Source: a virus
Lineage: Duplodnaviria; Caudoviricetes
Virus record (IMG/VR): IMGVR_UViG_3300046717_000245
Coordinates: 1 to 44,102 of that record
Reading direction: 5' to 3' (one strand)
DNA length: 44,102 nt
The notes under the pieces are model-generated. The model did not search any database. It was given only the letters and a program-made list of their open reading frames with translations, and was not told the DNA's origin. Of the stretch, positions 16,375 through 24,084 are shown piece after piece; the stretch's first letter is position 1, and every line of letters begins with the position of its first letter. Position numbers and translations under genes: made by a program.

Positions 16375-16916
16375 TGCTCGGCGACCTATCCACGCGTTCG
16401 GGCGCCGAAGAATTCGTGCGCTGGCTCTGCGCAAAGCTCCGTGAAGACTTCCTCGAGTCGAACGAGCTCCGGCCGAGAGCATGGGTTTTCGTCCAGCGCG
16501 ACCCCAGCACCGGCGAAAAGCTCGAGCAGACGAGCCTTGCGATGGTCGTCGTCCCCGACTTCCGAGGGTGCAACGAGGAAAAGGATGCTCTCGCGGCGAT
16601 GATTCGCGAGCTCGCCGTCCGTTCGAAGGCCGCTGGCGTCGCCATGGCGATGGAAGCCTGGTTTTCGGAAGGGCTCACCCTCGAGCAGGCAAACGCCCTC
16701 GGGCCTCGAGGCCTCGAGGCGTTGCCCGAAGCGCAACGATTGGAGTGCCTGTATCTCTCCCTCGATCACCTCGCCTTCGAGCGCACCCGCTCCTGGCGAG
16801 CGACCATTCGTCGAGATCCCGATGGCAGGCCCTTGCTCGACGAGTTCATAGAGCTGCCCATGCGTCGACACATGGGCCGGTTTTCCAGCGTGTTCCCGCG
16901 GGAGCTTTGGCAATGA
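16374..16916 (+). CDS. Hypothetical protein
   Basis: AGGAGG RBS; TGATG coupling. Confidence 0.65.
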   Translation: MLGDLSTRSGAEEFVRWLCAKLREDFLESNELRPRAWVFVQRDPSTGEKLEQTSLAMVVVPDFRGCNEEKDALAAMIRELAVRSKAAGVAMAMEAWFSEGLTLEQANALGPRGLEALPEAQRLECLYLSLDHLAFERTRSWRATIRRDPDGRPLLDEFIELPMRRHMGRFSSVFPRELWQ

Positions 16917-17164
16917 AGAAGCGAATCGACGCGATGTTCGCGTTCGTTGCCGAGGACGCGGACGGCGAGGGGTTTTGCGCCTTTCGCGACAGCGATGGCA
17001 GTTCGTTCCCGCTCGTCGGCGCCGACGTCGCGCGCCTCGATGAGATGCGAAGGGTGGCGCAGGCGATCGCCGATGGGAGCGGCCGGCCCATTCGACTGCT
17101 CCGGTTCAGCGTGCGCGAAGAGGTCGAGGCGATCGAGCCGCGAAAGCCGAGGACGCCGGGATGA
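16913..17164 (+). CDS. Hypothetical protein
   Basis: MFAFVAED..GEG...PLVGAD..R pattern; coupled. Confidence 0.65.
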   Translation: MKKRIDAMFAFVAEDADGEGFCAFRDSDGSSFPLVGADVARLDEMRRVAQAIADGSGRPIRLLRFSVREEVEAIEPRKPRTPG

Positions 17165-17250
17165 GCTGGCCCGATGCCATCACGAACGTTGGATGGGCGT
17201 TCTCGCTGGCCGCGTGCGCATGGGCGCTCGCGTGGTGGGCGAAGCCATGA
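17161..17250 (+). CDS. 29-aa Trp-rich single-TM peptide
   Basis: MSWPDAITNVGWAFSLAACAWALAWWAKP; ATGA overlaps at both ends. Confidence 0.55.
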   Translation: MSWPDAITNVGWAFSLAACAWALAWWAKP

Positions 17251-17456
17251 ACCGGGGCGAACGTCGCGCTGCGGTCAAAGCAGCCGCCGAACATCCCCAT
17301 CAGCAACGGTGCCGTTGCGGTTGGCTCATGCCCCGCGAGGTCTTCGTCGAGCAGCTCACGGTCGGCACTCCCGTTGCCGCCGTTCGAGTCGTGATCACCT
17401 GCCCCGTCTGCGACGCCCGCGCCGACGTCGAGGTCGGAAGGTCGGCCGAAGCGTGA
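17247..17456 (+). CDS. Zn-ribbon microprotein (paralog A)
   Basis: CRCG..PR...VVITCPVC. Confidence 0.6.
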   Translation: MNRGERRAAVKAAAEHPHQQRCRCGWLMPREVFVEQLTVGTPVAAVRVVITCPVCDARADVEVGRSAEA

Positions 17457-17683
17457 GCATCCACATCTCGCGCGAAACCGCCGATGCGATCTCGCGGCTC
17501 GGGCTTGGGGTGTTCTTCGCTTGGGTCGAGCCCGAGCGAATGGCGTGGGCCGTTCTCATCCTTCGCGAGCTCGAGGACCGGCCAGCATGGTTCCCAAAGG
17601 GCAAGTGGGCGACGATCCAAGCCATCGAGGCACAGCTCGTCGAGCAAGCCAAGGAGCACGCCCAGGTGATCGAGAACCGATGA
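17453..17683 (+). CDS. Hypothetical protein
   Basis: GTGA/ATGA coupling. Confidence 0.55.
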   Translation: MSIHISRETADAISRLGLGVFFAWVEPERMAWAVLILRELEDRPAWFPKGKWATIQAIEAQLVEQAKEHAQVIENR

Positions 17684-17886
17684 CGACCCCGTGCCGGTGC
17701 GGATACCGCCTGCCGCGCGTCACCGTGCAACTCGGGACGCTCGTGGCCCCGCCGGAGTTCATCCGCGTGATCCTCGAGTGTCCGCGGTGCGAGAGTTTCT
17801 ACGAGATCGCTTTGCCGCTCGCGGGAACGCGCTCAACGCCGCCGGCGGTGCGGATCGCCATGAACGCACGCGGAGGCGTCTCCTGA
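17680..17886 (+). CDS. Zn-ribbon microprotein (paralog B)
   Basis: CRCG..PR...VILECPRC. Confidence 0.6.
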   Translation: MTTPCRCGYRLPRVTVQLGTLVAPPEFIRVILECPRCESFYEIALPLAGTRSTPPAVRIAMNARGGVS

Positions 17887-18128
17887 TGCGCGCCGAGATC
17901 ACTCCCGCTCCCCTGCTCACGACCGGCGCGCGCGCTCGCGTGACCTTCGCCGGGCGAACCGTCGAGGCCACGGTAGCCCTCGCGTCCCCCAACGGCCGGA
18001 GCCTCTTTCTCACGTTCGACGCGATGCTCGGCGGCTACGTCGGCGGCATGCCGCTCCTTTGGGACGGCGCGCACTTCCGCGAGCTCGGCCGGGAAGGGCG
18101 CGTCGCGCAGCTTGAGCTCGAGCCATGA
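17886..18128 (+). CDS. Hypothetical beta-rich protein
   Basis: GGAGG RBS; coupled. Confidence 0.6.
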   Translation: MRAEITPAPLLTTGARARVTFAGRTVEATVALASPNGRSLFLTFDAMLGGYVGGMPLLWDGAHFRELGREGRVAQLELEP

Positions 18129-18313
18129 GCGGCCCCGAGCTGCACGCCTCGGTCAACGGGCGCGCCCGTTGCGACGGACGTCCGCTCGATCCCAAGCTCT
18201 CGAGCGAGTCGCCCGAGTGTCGTGACATGGCGGTTTGCCGGACATGCTTCCTTCTCGTAACCCACCATCGGCGCGAATTTGCGGCGTCGCCGCCGGCCGG
18301 GACGCGTGAATGA
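18125..18313 (+). CDS. Cys/His microprotein
   Basis: H...RARCD...CRTC; coupled. Confidence 0.5.
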   Translation: MSGPELHASVNGRARCDGRPLDPKLSSESPECRDMAVCRTCFLLVTHHRREFAASPPAGTRE

Positions 18314-18332
18314 ACCCGGGACTCGCGCCGTC

Positions 18333-18452
18333 TGAAATAGCGGGCAGCCAGTGTTGCAAGCACTGGCCGCCCCGGGGGAGTCGGAAGACGGGAGTAAGCC
18401 CGTCCGCGCGACGACCCCGACCACGCAACGAACTGGAGTCGTCACATGGCAA
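18333..18452 (-). ncRNA. Candidate cis-antisense sRNA covering RBS/start of the 18446 gene
   Basis: Minus-strand extended -10 TGcTACGTT (18466-18458); hairpins GACGGG/CCCGTC and GGGCAGCCAGTG/CACTGGCCGCCC, the latter followed on minus strand by CTATTT. Confidence 0.4.
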
Positions 18453-18928
18453 ACGCGAACGTAGCAGACCCCTCATCATCGAAGGATCCCTCATCATCAT
18501 CCGGCGACGATACGCCGGAGTCAGTCGTCGACGTTTCGGTTCAGGTGGACGAGATCGACGTGATGATCATGGCCTCGGAAGAAATCATCCGGTGCCTCGA
18601 CGAGGCCCGCCCCCGCTTCGAGGACGGGGACCTACTCGACCTCATCGACACCATGCGCGGACAGTTCCGCACCTTCATCAACTGCGCGCGGCGCGGCGCC
18701 GTCTCAGATGAACGGACCTACAGGAGCCTGGCCCTCCTCTACGAGAGGGTCACGAGGCACCTGTGCCGGGCGCTTAATGCCCAGTACCCCGCCGAAGCAA
18801 TCGACCCCTTCGTGAAGGCGCTCGGGACGACGCGCATCGTCGCCGACATTTTGGGCACGGAGCTCACCGCGACGTGCCGACGAGAGGCCGCCGCGCGGCG
18901 GGCGCCGCTCGTCAAACCCGGGAGGTAG
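18446..18928 (+). CDS. Hypothetical helical protein behind a structured leader
   Basis: GGAG RBS; 160 aa. Confidence 0.65.
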   Translation: MANANVADPSSSKDPSSSSGDDTPESVVDVSVQVDEIDVMIMASEEIIRCLDEARPRFEDGDLLDLIDTMRGQFRTFINCARRGAVSDERTYRSLALLYERVTRHLCRALNAQYPAEAIDPFVKALGTTRIVADILGTELTATCRREAAARRAPLVKPGR

Positions 18929-18954
18929 AATCTTCAGCGTAGCCACCTGGCAAC
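18926..18954 (+). promoter_or_regulatory. -10 box TAGAAT and operator GTAGCC-ACCT-GGCAAC (18939-18954) upstream of lipoprotein
   Basis: One mismatch to the operator consensus. Confidence 0.55.
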
Positions 18955-18977
18955 CGTCTAACGGAACCGGACAACCC

Positions 18978-19574
18978 ATGAAACGCACCGTCCTCGCCGC
19001 CCTCGCTCTCGTCCACCTCGCCGCATGCGGGGCCCCCGCCCTGGATGGTCCAGGTGTGGGCGAACTTCCCACCGTTGACGCCGCCACCATGCAAGACGCG
19101 GGGAACGGGGCCGACACCCGTTCCCCGCCGCTTGACTCGGGCGCCTCGGTGGAGGGCGGGGATGCCGGCGAGGCCGGTGCGATCGCCCCCGACGCAGGCC
19201 CGGACAGCCGGGGGCCCGATGCCGCTCCGCCGCCCCCGCCGGATGCGGACGCCGCTCCGCCGACGATGCCCGACGCGGGGCCGGCGATCGATGCCCGGGC
19301 GGATGCCGGCCCGACCCCCGTTTGCACGTCCTCGAGCCCGTCGTGCGACGCCGCGGTGAAGGCCGACGAACGGGTCCGCGCTACGTTCACGGAAGCGTGC
19401 GCCCCCGAGGGTTTCCGCCAGTGCGGCGGCGTCCCGAACGGCGTCGTGGAAACCCTCCCGCTGATCTGCCGCATGGGGGCTTGGCGCCTCGCCGGCATGG
19501 CGTCGGGATCGCAATGGGTGCCCGCCTACGAGTGCTCGAAGGGGTGCGCGGCCGGCAAGCTGTGCGACCCGTGA
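18978..19574 (+). CDS. Lipoprotein with DAG/Pro-rich linker and Cys-rich C-terminal domain
   Basis: MKR-hydrophobic-LAAC lipobox; repeated DAG/PDAG; 8 Cys in C-terminal domain. Confidence 0.8.
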   Translation: MKRTVLAALALVHLAACGAPALDGPGVGELPTVDAATMQDAGNGADTRSPPLDSGASVEGGDAGEAGAIAPDAGPDSRGPDAAPPPPPDADAAPPTMPDAGPAIDARADAGPTPVCTSSSPSCDAAVKADERVRATFTEACAPEGFRQCGGVPNGVVETLPLICRMGAWRLAGMASGSQWVPAYECSKGCAAGKLCDP

Positions 19575-19619
19575 GCTGGCCCCCGGCGCTCACCTAGCGG
19601 CCAGGCGGAACCACGCCCC

Positions 19620-20198
19620 CTAGGCGATCCGCGTCGGGCCGCGCACGAGCTCGAGATACCTCTCCCATGGGAAGCCCGCGCCCGGGTCCGTGTGGCCCTT
19701 GCCGTCGTTGAGCGCGTTGGTCACGTCGACGTGGCCGCAAAAACCGCGGGCCCCCGCGCGCAATTGCTCGACGGTGAGCCGCGCGATCGGGATCTGGTGA
19801 CGCTGGCAGATATCCGCGGCGAGCTCGGCCGAGCGCTGAAGGACGCTCTTGCTGTATTCGTCCTCCCACGCGCCGGGCGATTGGCCCGCGTAGCCTGCGT
19901 GCTCGAGGTGAATCCCGTTTCGGTTCGCTCGTGGCGCCGCCCATGCGACCACGTCCTCGGGCACGCATTGGATGATCTCGTACGCGTCAATGCAGTAGTG
20001 CGCCGAAGCTTCCGGGGCGTTCAGGCCCGCGAACCAGGTGGCAACGGCGAAGGCCGTTCCCGGCTTCTCGGGCGCTTCCATCGTGTGGATCACCACGAGA
20101 TCGATGCGTTGCTCGGGCCGGGCGGGGCCGGCATTCCTGGCCCGGATGAGGGGGATTTCGACGCCCGAAAGCACAAGCCCGATCAGGGACATCGCCAT
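19620..20198 (-). CDS. N-acetylmuramoyl-L-alanine amidase endolysin (Amidase_2 type)
   Basis: VIHTME, SAHYC, AWAA..AN..GIHLE, GHVD, HTDPG..FPW. Confidence 0.9.
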   Translation of the reverse strand: MAMSLIGLVLSGVEIPLIRARNAGPARPEQRIDLVVIHTMEAPEKPGTAFAVATWFAGLNAPEASAHYCIDAYEIIQCVPEDVVAWAAPRANRNGIHLEHAGYAGQSPGAWEDEYSKSVLQRSAELAADICQRHQIPIARLTVEQLRAGARGFCGHVDVTNALNDGKGHTDPGAGFPWERYLELVRGPTRIA

Positions 20199-20201
20199 GG
20201 G

Positions 20202-20462
20202 CTACTCGTTCGGCAAGCGGTCGAGCGCCGCCTGCCAGCTCGCCCGGACCGAGGAGCGGAGCGCCTCGAGGTCCTCGGGCCCCTTGCCCGCCATGGCCTG
20301 ATCGCGTGCGATGAGGAGCCCGATCGAGGCGAGGCGGGCCGCCGGCTCCGGTAGGTAGAGCGCGAGCTGCTCGAGGACGCCGATCGCCGCCGCGATCTCC
20401 GCCGGCGTCCGGACCGCGCCGATCTCGCCAAGGCCCTCGACGAGTTCAAGGATCGATTTCAT
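20202..20462 (-). CDS. Hypothetical lysis-cassette protein
   Basis: Coupled to upstream lipoprotein. Confidence 0.6.
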   Translation of the reverse strand: MKSILELVEGLGEIGAVRTPAEIAAAIGVLEQLALYLPEPAARLASIGLLIARDQAMAGKGPEDLEALRSSVRASWQAALDRLPNE

Positions 20463-20692
20463 GGCTGGTCCGCCCCTTTGCAGTGCACGCCGGCGCCGGC
20501 GTCGTCGTTCAAAATCGCAGCGCATTCCGGAGAACGTTCGACGAGGCGCTCGAGCCCGGCCTTTGCCTCGCGGCACGTGCCGGCCGCCTCGATGACGGCG
20601 AGACCTTGCTCGCGGCACCGCGTCGCTTGCGCCGCCTTAGGCGCCGACGAGCACGCCGCGAGCACCCATAGAATCAAAATGAGCACATGCAT
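20459..20692 (-). CDS. Small lipoprotein (o-spanin candidate)
   Basis: MHVLILILWVLAAC lipobox; additional Cys; located in lysis cassette. Confidence 0.55.
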   Translation of the reverse strand: MHVLILILWVLAACSSAPKAAQATRCREQGLAVIEAAGTCREAKAGLERLVERSPECAAILNDDAGAGVHCKGADQP

Positions 20693-21102
20693 CGCATTCT
20701 CTCCAAGGTGAGGATCCACAACGAGAGCCGGGCTCGAGCTTCGGGCCAGTCGTCGGAGCGCGCGCCGAGGTAGCCCCGGAAAGCCCGTAGCGGTCGCGCC
20801 GGCCAGCCCTTGTCACGCATCGCGCGGACAGCGCCGCGGGCCTGGACTTCCGGCGGCGCGCACGCGAACCGCTGGTACCCGACGCCGAGCCCGTAGGTCC
20901 CCTCGCCGCCGTCGCCGTGAAGCTGGCACGTCTCGTAAAGCCACCCGAAGCCGCTCTCGTGCGCGCCATTCACGACGAGCGCCGCCGCCTCTGCTTCGTC
21001 CGCCGCCACGCTCGCGATGATCGCAGCGTGGTAGTCGGCCCGCACGGGATCGAGCCGGGGAACGAGCGTCAGGATCGCGAGAGCGAGCGCGGCGACGCTC
21101 AC
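20674..21102 (-). CDS. Lysozyme/lytic transglycosylase-like protein with N-terminal signal-anchor
   Basis: Hydrophobic N-terminus; AHESGF catalytic-Glu-like motif then GDGG..G; GTGA-coupled to holin. Confidence 0.5.
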   Translation of the reverse strand: MSVAALALAILTLVPRLDPVRADYHAAIIASVAADEAEAAALVVNGAHESGFGWLYETCQLHGDGGEGTYGLGVGYQRFACAPPEVQARGAVRAMRDKGWPARPLRAFRGYLGARSDDWPEARARLSLWILTLERMRCMCSF

Positions 21103-21443
21103 GGTCCCTCGGCGGGATCCCCCTTGGGGATTCCAATGTCTCGCCCGTCGCGAAAGCCTTCGACGACGACCTCGTGCGCCGTAATGGCGAGCATGCCGGC
21201 CACAAGCCCGCCCGCCATCGCGGCCGGCCATCGGCCACCGTTCGCGAGTCCAGCGGCGATCCCCGACGCGAAGCCAAGCACGATCGCGCCCGCGGCGCGC
21301 ATTCGAGGCGGCACGTTCACCGGACACCACGAAACCGCGGCGTCCGACTTCGAGACGCGAACGAGCACGCTGATCACCAGGGCCGCGAGCGCGGTCCACG
21401 CGCCGGACTTCGCCAGCTCGATTGCCTGTGCGGTTTCATCCAT
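21099..21443 (-). CDS. Holin-like 3-TM protein
   Basis: Three hydrophobic segments, charged C-terminus, upstream of muralytic genes. Confidence 0.65.
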   Translation of the reverse strand: MDETAQAIELAKSGAWTALAALVISVLVRVSKSDAAVSWCPVNVPPRMRAAGAIVLGFASGIAAGLANGGRWPAAMAGGLVAGMLAITAHEVVVEGFRDGRDIGIPKGDPAEGP

Positions 21444-21906
21444 TGGACTTTCCTTCGTTGAGCGTCGGCGTTTCGTTGGGCGCGCCCGGTATCACCGAGT
21501 CCCGGAGCCGTCGCACCCGCGTCTCGAGCACGTCGACCATATTTTCGAGCGTCCTTTGCGCGCGCGCGAGCGTTCCCGTTCGCACTCGAAGTTCACCTTC
21601 GAAGTGGTCGAGCGCGCGATCGAGAACGTTGTGTTCCTCGTGCACCCTCGCTGCCTCGTCGAGGGCTCGTGTAACGAGGTTGTTGGCCGCGTGGACGCGT
21701 TCGCTTAGTTTGCCGAGGTCGGCGGCGAGCGTGTCGATCCTCGTGCCGAGCGAGTCGAGTCGAGGCGCGATCGTCTTGACCTCAGTTTTCAGGCTCTCCT
21801 GGTTGCGCGCCACCTTTTCGAAGGCCAGCTCGAGGCCAGCCACCGCCCGATAAAATTGCTCGAAGTCGCTCGCGTGCGAAGGCGGCTCGTTGCCATTGAC
21901 CGTCAT
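21436..21906 (-). CDS. Coiled-coil hypothetical protein
   Basis: Heptad pattern; coupled. Confidence 0.6.
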   Translation of the reverse strand: MTVNGNEPPSHASDFEQFYRAVAGLELAFEKVARNQESLKTEVKTIAPRLDSLGTRIDTLAADLGKLSERVHAANNLVTRALDEAARVHEEHNVLDRALDHFEGELRVRTGTLARAQRTLENMVDVLETRVRRLRDSVIPGAPNETPTLNEGKSNG

Positions 21907-22439
21907 TCGTCCTCCTCATCCTCGTAACGCACTTCCCCCCGCTTCTCGGCCGTCGGCCCAAACTTTGGCGGCGGTGTACGGTTCGGCGCGGCAAACACTC
22001 TCGCGTGAAAGGCATCGAGACGATCCCATCGCGTCTCGTTGCGAGCCTGCTTTTTCTCGATCACCTTGAGCCGTTGCGGGACCGGTGCGAGCGCCGACGC
22101 GATTGCGTTCGCCGTCGACTCAACGCAACTACGGCGAGCCGCCTCCACGTCATCGCGACTCGCCCGCGACTGGGCCCATGTGACCGCCGTGATGATGAGC
22201 CCTGCGACGTACATCAAGTCCTTCAGGGTGAGCGTTCCCAGATGGTCCTTGATGAACGCCCCCGCCGGTCGCCGCGTTGGTCGCGCTTGCGGCGACGTCG
22301 ACGGTGCGACCGCAGCAGGGGCATCGGCCGGCGGCGGATCCGTGAGGTCCGCGCCAGGGTGGCGACCGCGCACGTCTCTCGCGGGCTTGTCCGGCCCCAA
22401 CTGTTCGCGCGTCGTTCCTGGCCTTCGGACGTCCGGCAT
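21903..22439 (-). CDS. Single-TM plus coiled-coil protein (lysis-associated / i-spanin candidate)
   Basis: GGGGGAG RBS; LMYVAGLIITAVTWA TM then helical region. Confidence 0.5.
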   Translation of the reverse strand: MPDVRRPGTTREQLGPDKPARDVRGRHPGADLTDPPPADAPAAVAPSTSPQARPTRRPAGAFIKDHLGTLTLKDLMYVAGLIITAVTWAQSRASRDDVEAARRSCVESTANAIASALAPVPQRLKVIEKKQARNETRWDRLDAFHARVFAAPNRTPPPKFGPTAEKRGEVRYEDEEDE

Positions 22440-22454
22440 CGTCTCCCCCTCGCT

Positions 22455-22778
22455 TTACGGCGAAATGGCCGCCGCGATCAGCGCGTCCGTCGCGGTTTGC
22501 AATTCCGATTGCGCTTCGCCGTATGGCGATTGCGCGGCCTCGAGCTCCGTCGCCCTCGCGGCCCGAGAAACCTCGGCGTCGATCAGGTTGTTCAACAGAC
22601 CTTCGAGGAGCTCGGGGGCCGTGCCGGCGCCAACGGCCGCGTCCCATGCCGCGCGGGCGCTGCTCACGTTGCCGATCGCGTCGTTCTGGTTGACGACCGC
22701 CGCATCGAACACGACTTTCGTCGTGCGCACCGTGGCCGCTTTCGTGAGGACATCGTCGATCTCTCCCTGAGTGGGCAT
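22455..22778 (-). CDS. Ala-rich helical hypothetical protein
   Basis: Strong AAGGAGAAGG RBS. Confidence 0.65.
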   Translation of the reverse strand: MPTQGEIDDVLTKAATVRTTKVVFDAAVVNQNDAIGNVSSARAAWDAAVGAGTAPELLEGLLNNLIDAEVSRAARATELEAAQSPYGEAQSELQTATDALIAAAISP

Positions 22779-22799
22779 GGTTTTTCCTTCTCCTTCTTT

Positions 22800-23525
22800 T
22801 TAGGCCGCTAGGCCATACATTGAACCGGCATAATGGTTCATTCGAGCGATTATCGACTCCGTCGGAACAGACGACAGCATGAGGTCCTCCGCGATCGACA
22901 CATTGGCCCATGCGAACCCTCCGCTACCTGGCGCGCCTTGCGTTGCCCCGCCGATCGTGGTCGAGGCCGACGAGTCGCCGCTTGCAACTTCTGCATTCTC
23001 AACTCGCCAGCTAGTCGGGTTGCCGTTCATCAATATCGTATACACGTGCCACGAAAGACTGGTTGCAGTCCCCGCCGCCAAAGCGGGATTCAATTGCAAA
23101 TTGTTGGTGCTGCCATTCCGGCTTAGCCTCCCACGATTGAAGCCGCCTGCGCCGTCAAACAGGGTATCGACCGCAACGTAAGCCGCCCTCCAGATGCCCA
23201 CAACGATGCGTGTCGCAGGGTGGTTCAGTGTGAAGGTGGCCGACATCAAGTCGTTTGACCCGTCATACGTAACGCATGGCCGCGAGCGGGGCCCCGCGCT
23301 GGCCTGAAACGCCGGTTGCGCCGCCCCCGTTGCTTGAACCAGATTGTTGCCCGCGCCGGAGCGGTCCGCCCATGCCGATACGCCAGTGGCGATCGTGATC
23401 CCCGAGTCCGCGCGAACCCAAAAGACGAGCCCCGATGCACGGAATTTGCTTGGGTAGCCACGCTCGATCGCGGTGCGCATGCTCCCGGCGGTGTAGCGGC
23501 GTCCTCTCCCCACGCGCCGCATCAT
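22800..23525 (-). CDS. LamG/concanavalin-A-like lectin domain virion protein
   Basis: GLVFWVRAD..GVSAWADRSG.GN...Q.T...QP...YDGSND and C-terminal IAE...Y...Y pattern. Confidence 0.75.
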   Translation of the reverse strand: MMRRVGRGRRYTAGSMRTAIERGYPSKFRASGLVFWVRADSGITIATGVSAWADRSGAGNNLVQATGAAQPAFQASAGPRSRPCVTYDGSNDLMSATFTLNHPATRIVVGIWRAAYVAVDTLFDGAGGFNRGRLSRNGSTNNLQLNPALAAGTATSLSWHVYTILMNGNPTSWRVENAEVASGDSSASTTIGGATQGAPGSGGFAWANVSIAEDLMLSSVPTESIIARMNHYAGSMYGLAA

Positions 23526-24067
23526 GGCTCGGTGATCGTGATGCGGAGGAACGTGGCTACCGGGCCTTTGACCATCAGCCATGTCGCCGTTGGCGGAGCC
23601 GCGAAGTCGTCGCGCTCGCCCGCAAAAAGGTGCTCTGCCTGATTCAGCGGCGTATCGGCCGCCGTTTTGGTCTCGTCGACGGTGCCCGTTGCGGTGCCCC
23701 AACGATAGTAAACATCGCCGTCCCCCTTGAACTTCAGCGCCTTCCCCGCCGCGATGGCTGCGAGGAGATTGACGTAGTTCGCACCGGCCAGATTGAACGC
23801 GACGCTCGAGGTCGTCACGGGGATGACGAAGAAGTTCGAGGCTCCCGCCGCCGCGGATGTTAGGGCCCCAAAGGGGATCTGTCTGGCAAGCGACGCCGCG
23901 ATGGTATCGAGGCGCGCCGTTTGCGTGTCTTGCTTGGCCGCGGTGGCGAGCGCCGAGGTGTCGACCGTGACCGCGCCCGCCACAGGTACCGCGCCGTGGT
24001 TGCTCGCGAGAACCACGGAAAGGCTTCGCTCGCTTACGTTCTGCCCGGACCCACTCGGTAGCGCCAT
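23522..24067 (-). CDS. Putative virion/tail fibre-associated protein
   Basis: AAAGGGG RBS; GQ..S..SLSVVLAS and LATAAKQDT motifs typical of fibre-like proteins. Confidence 0.6.
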   Translation of the reverse strand: MALPSGSGQNVSERSLSVVLASNHGAVPVAGAVTVDTSALATAAKQDTQTARLDTIAASLARQIPFGALTSAAAGASNFFVIPVTTSSVAFNLAGANYVNLLAAIAAGKALKFKGDGDVYYRWGTATGTVDETKTAADTPLNQAEHLFAGERDDFAAPPTATWLMVKGPVATFLRITITEP

Positions 24068-24084
24068 GTTGGATGTTTCCCCTT

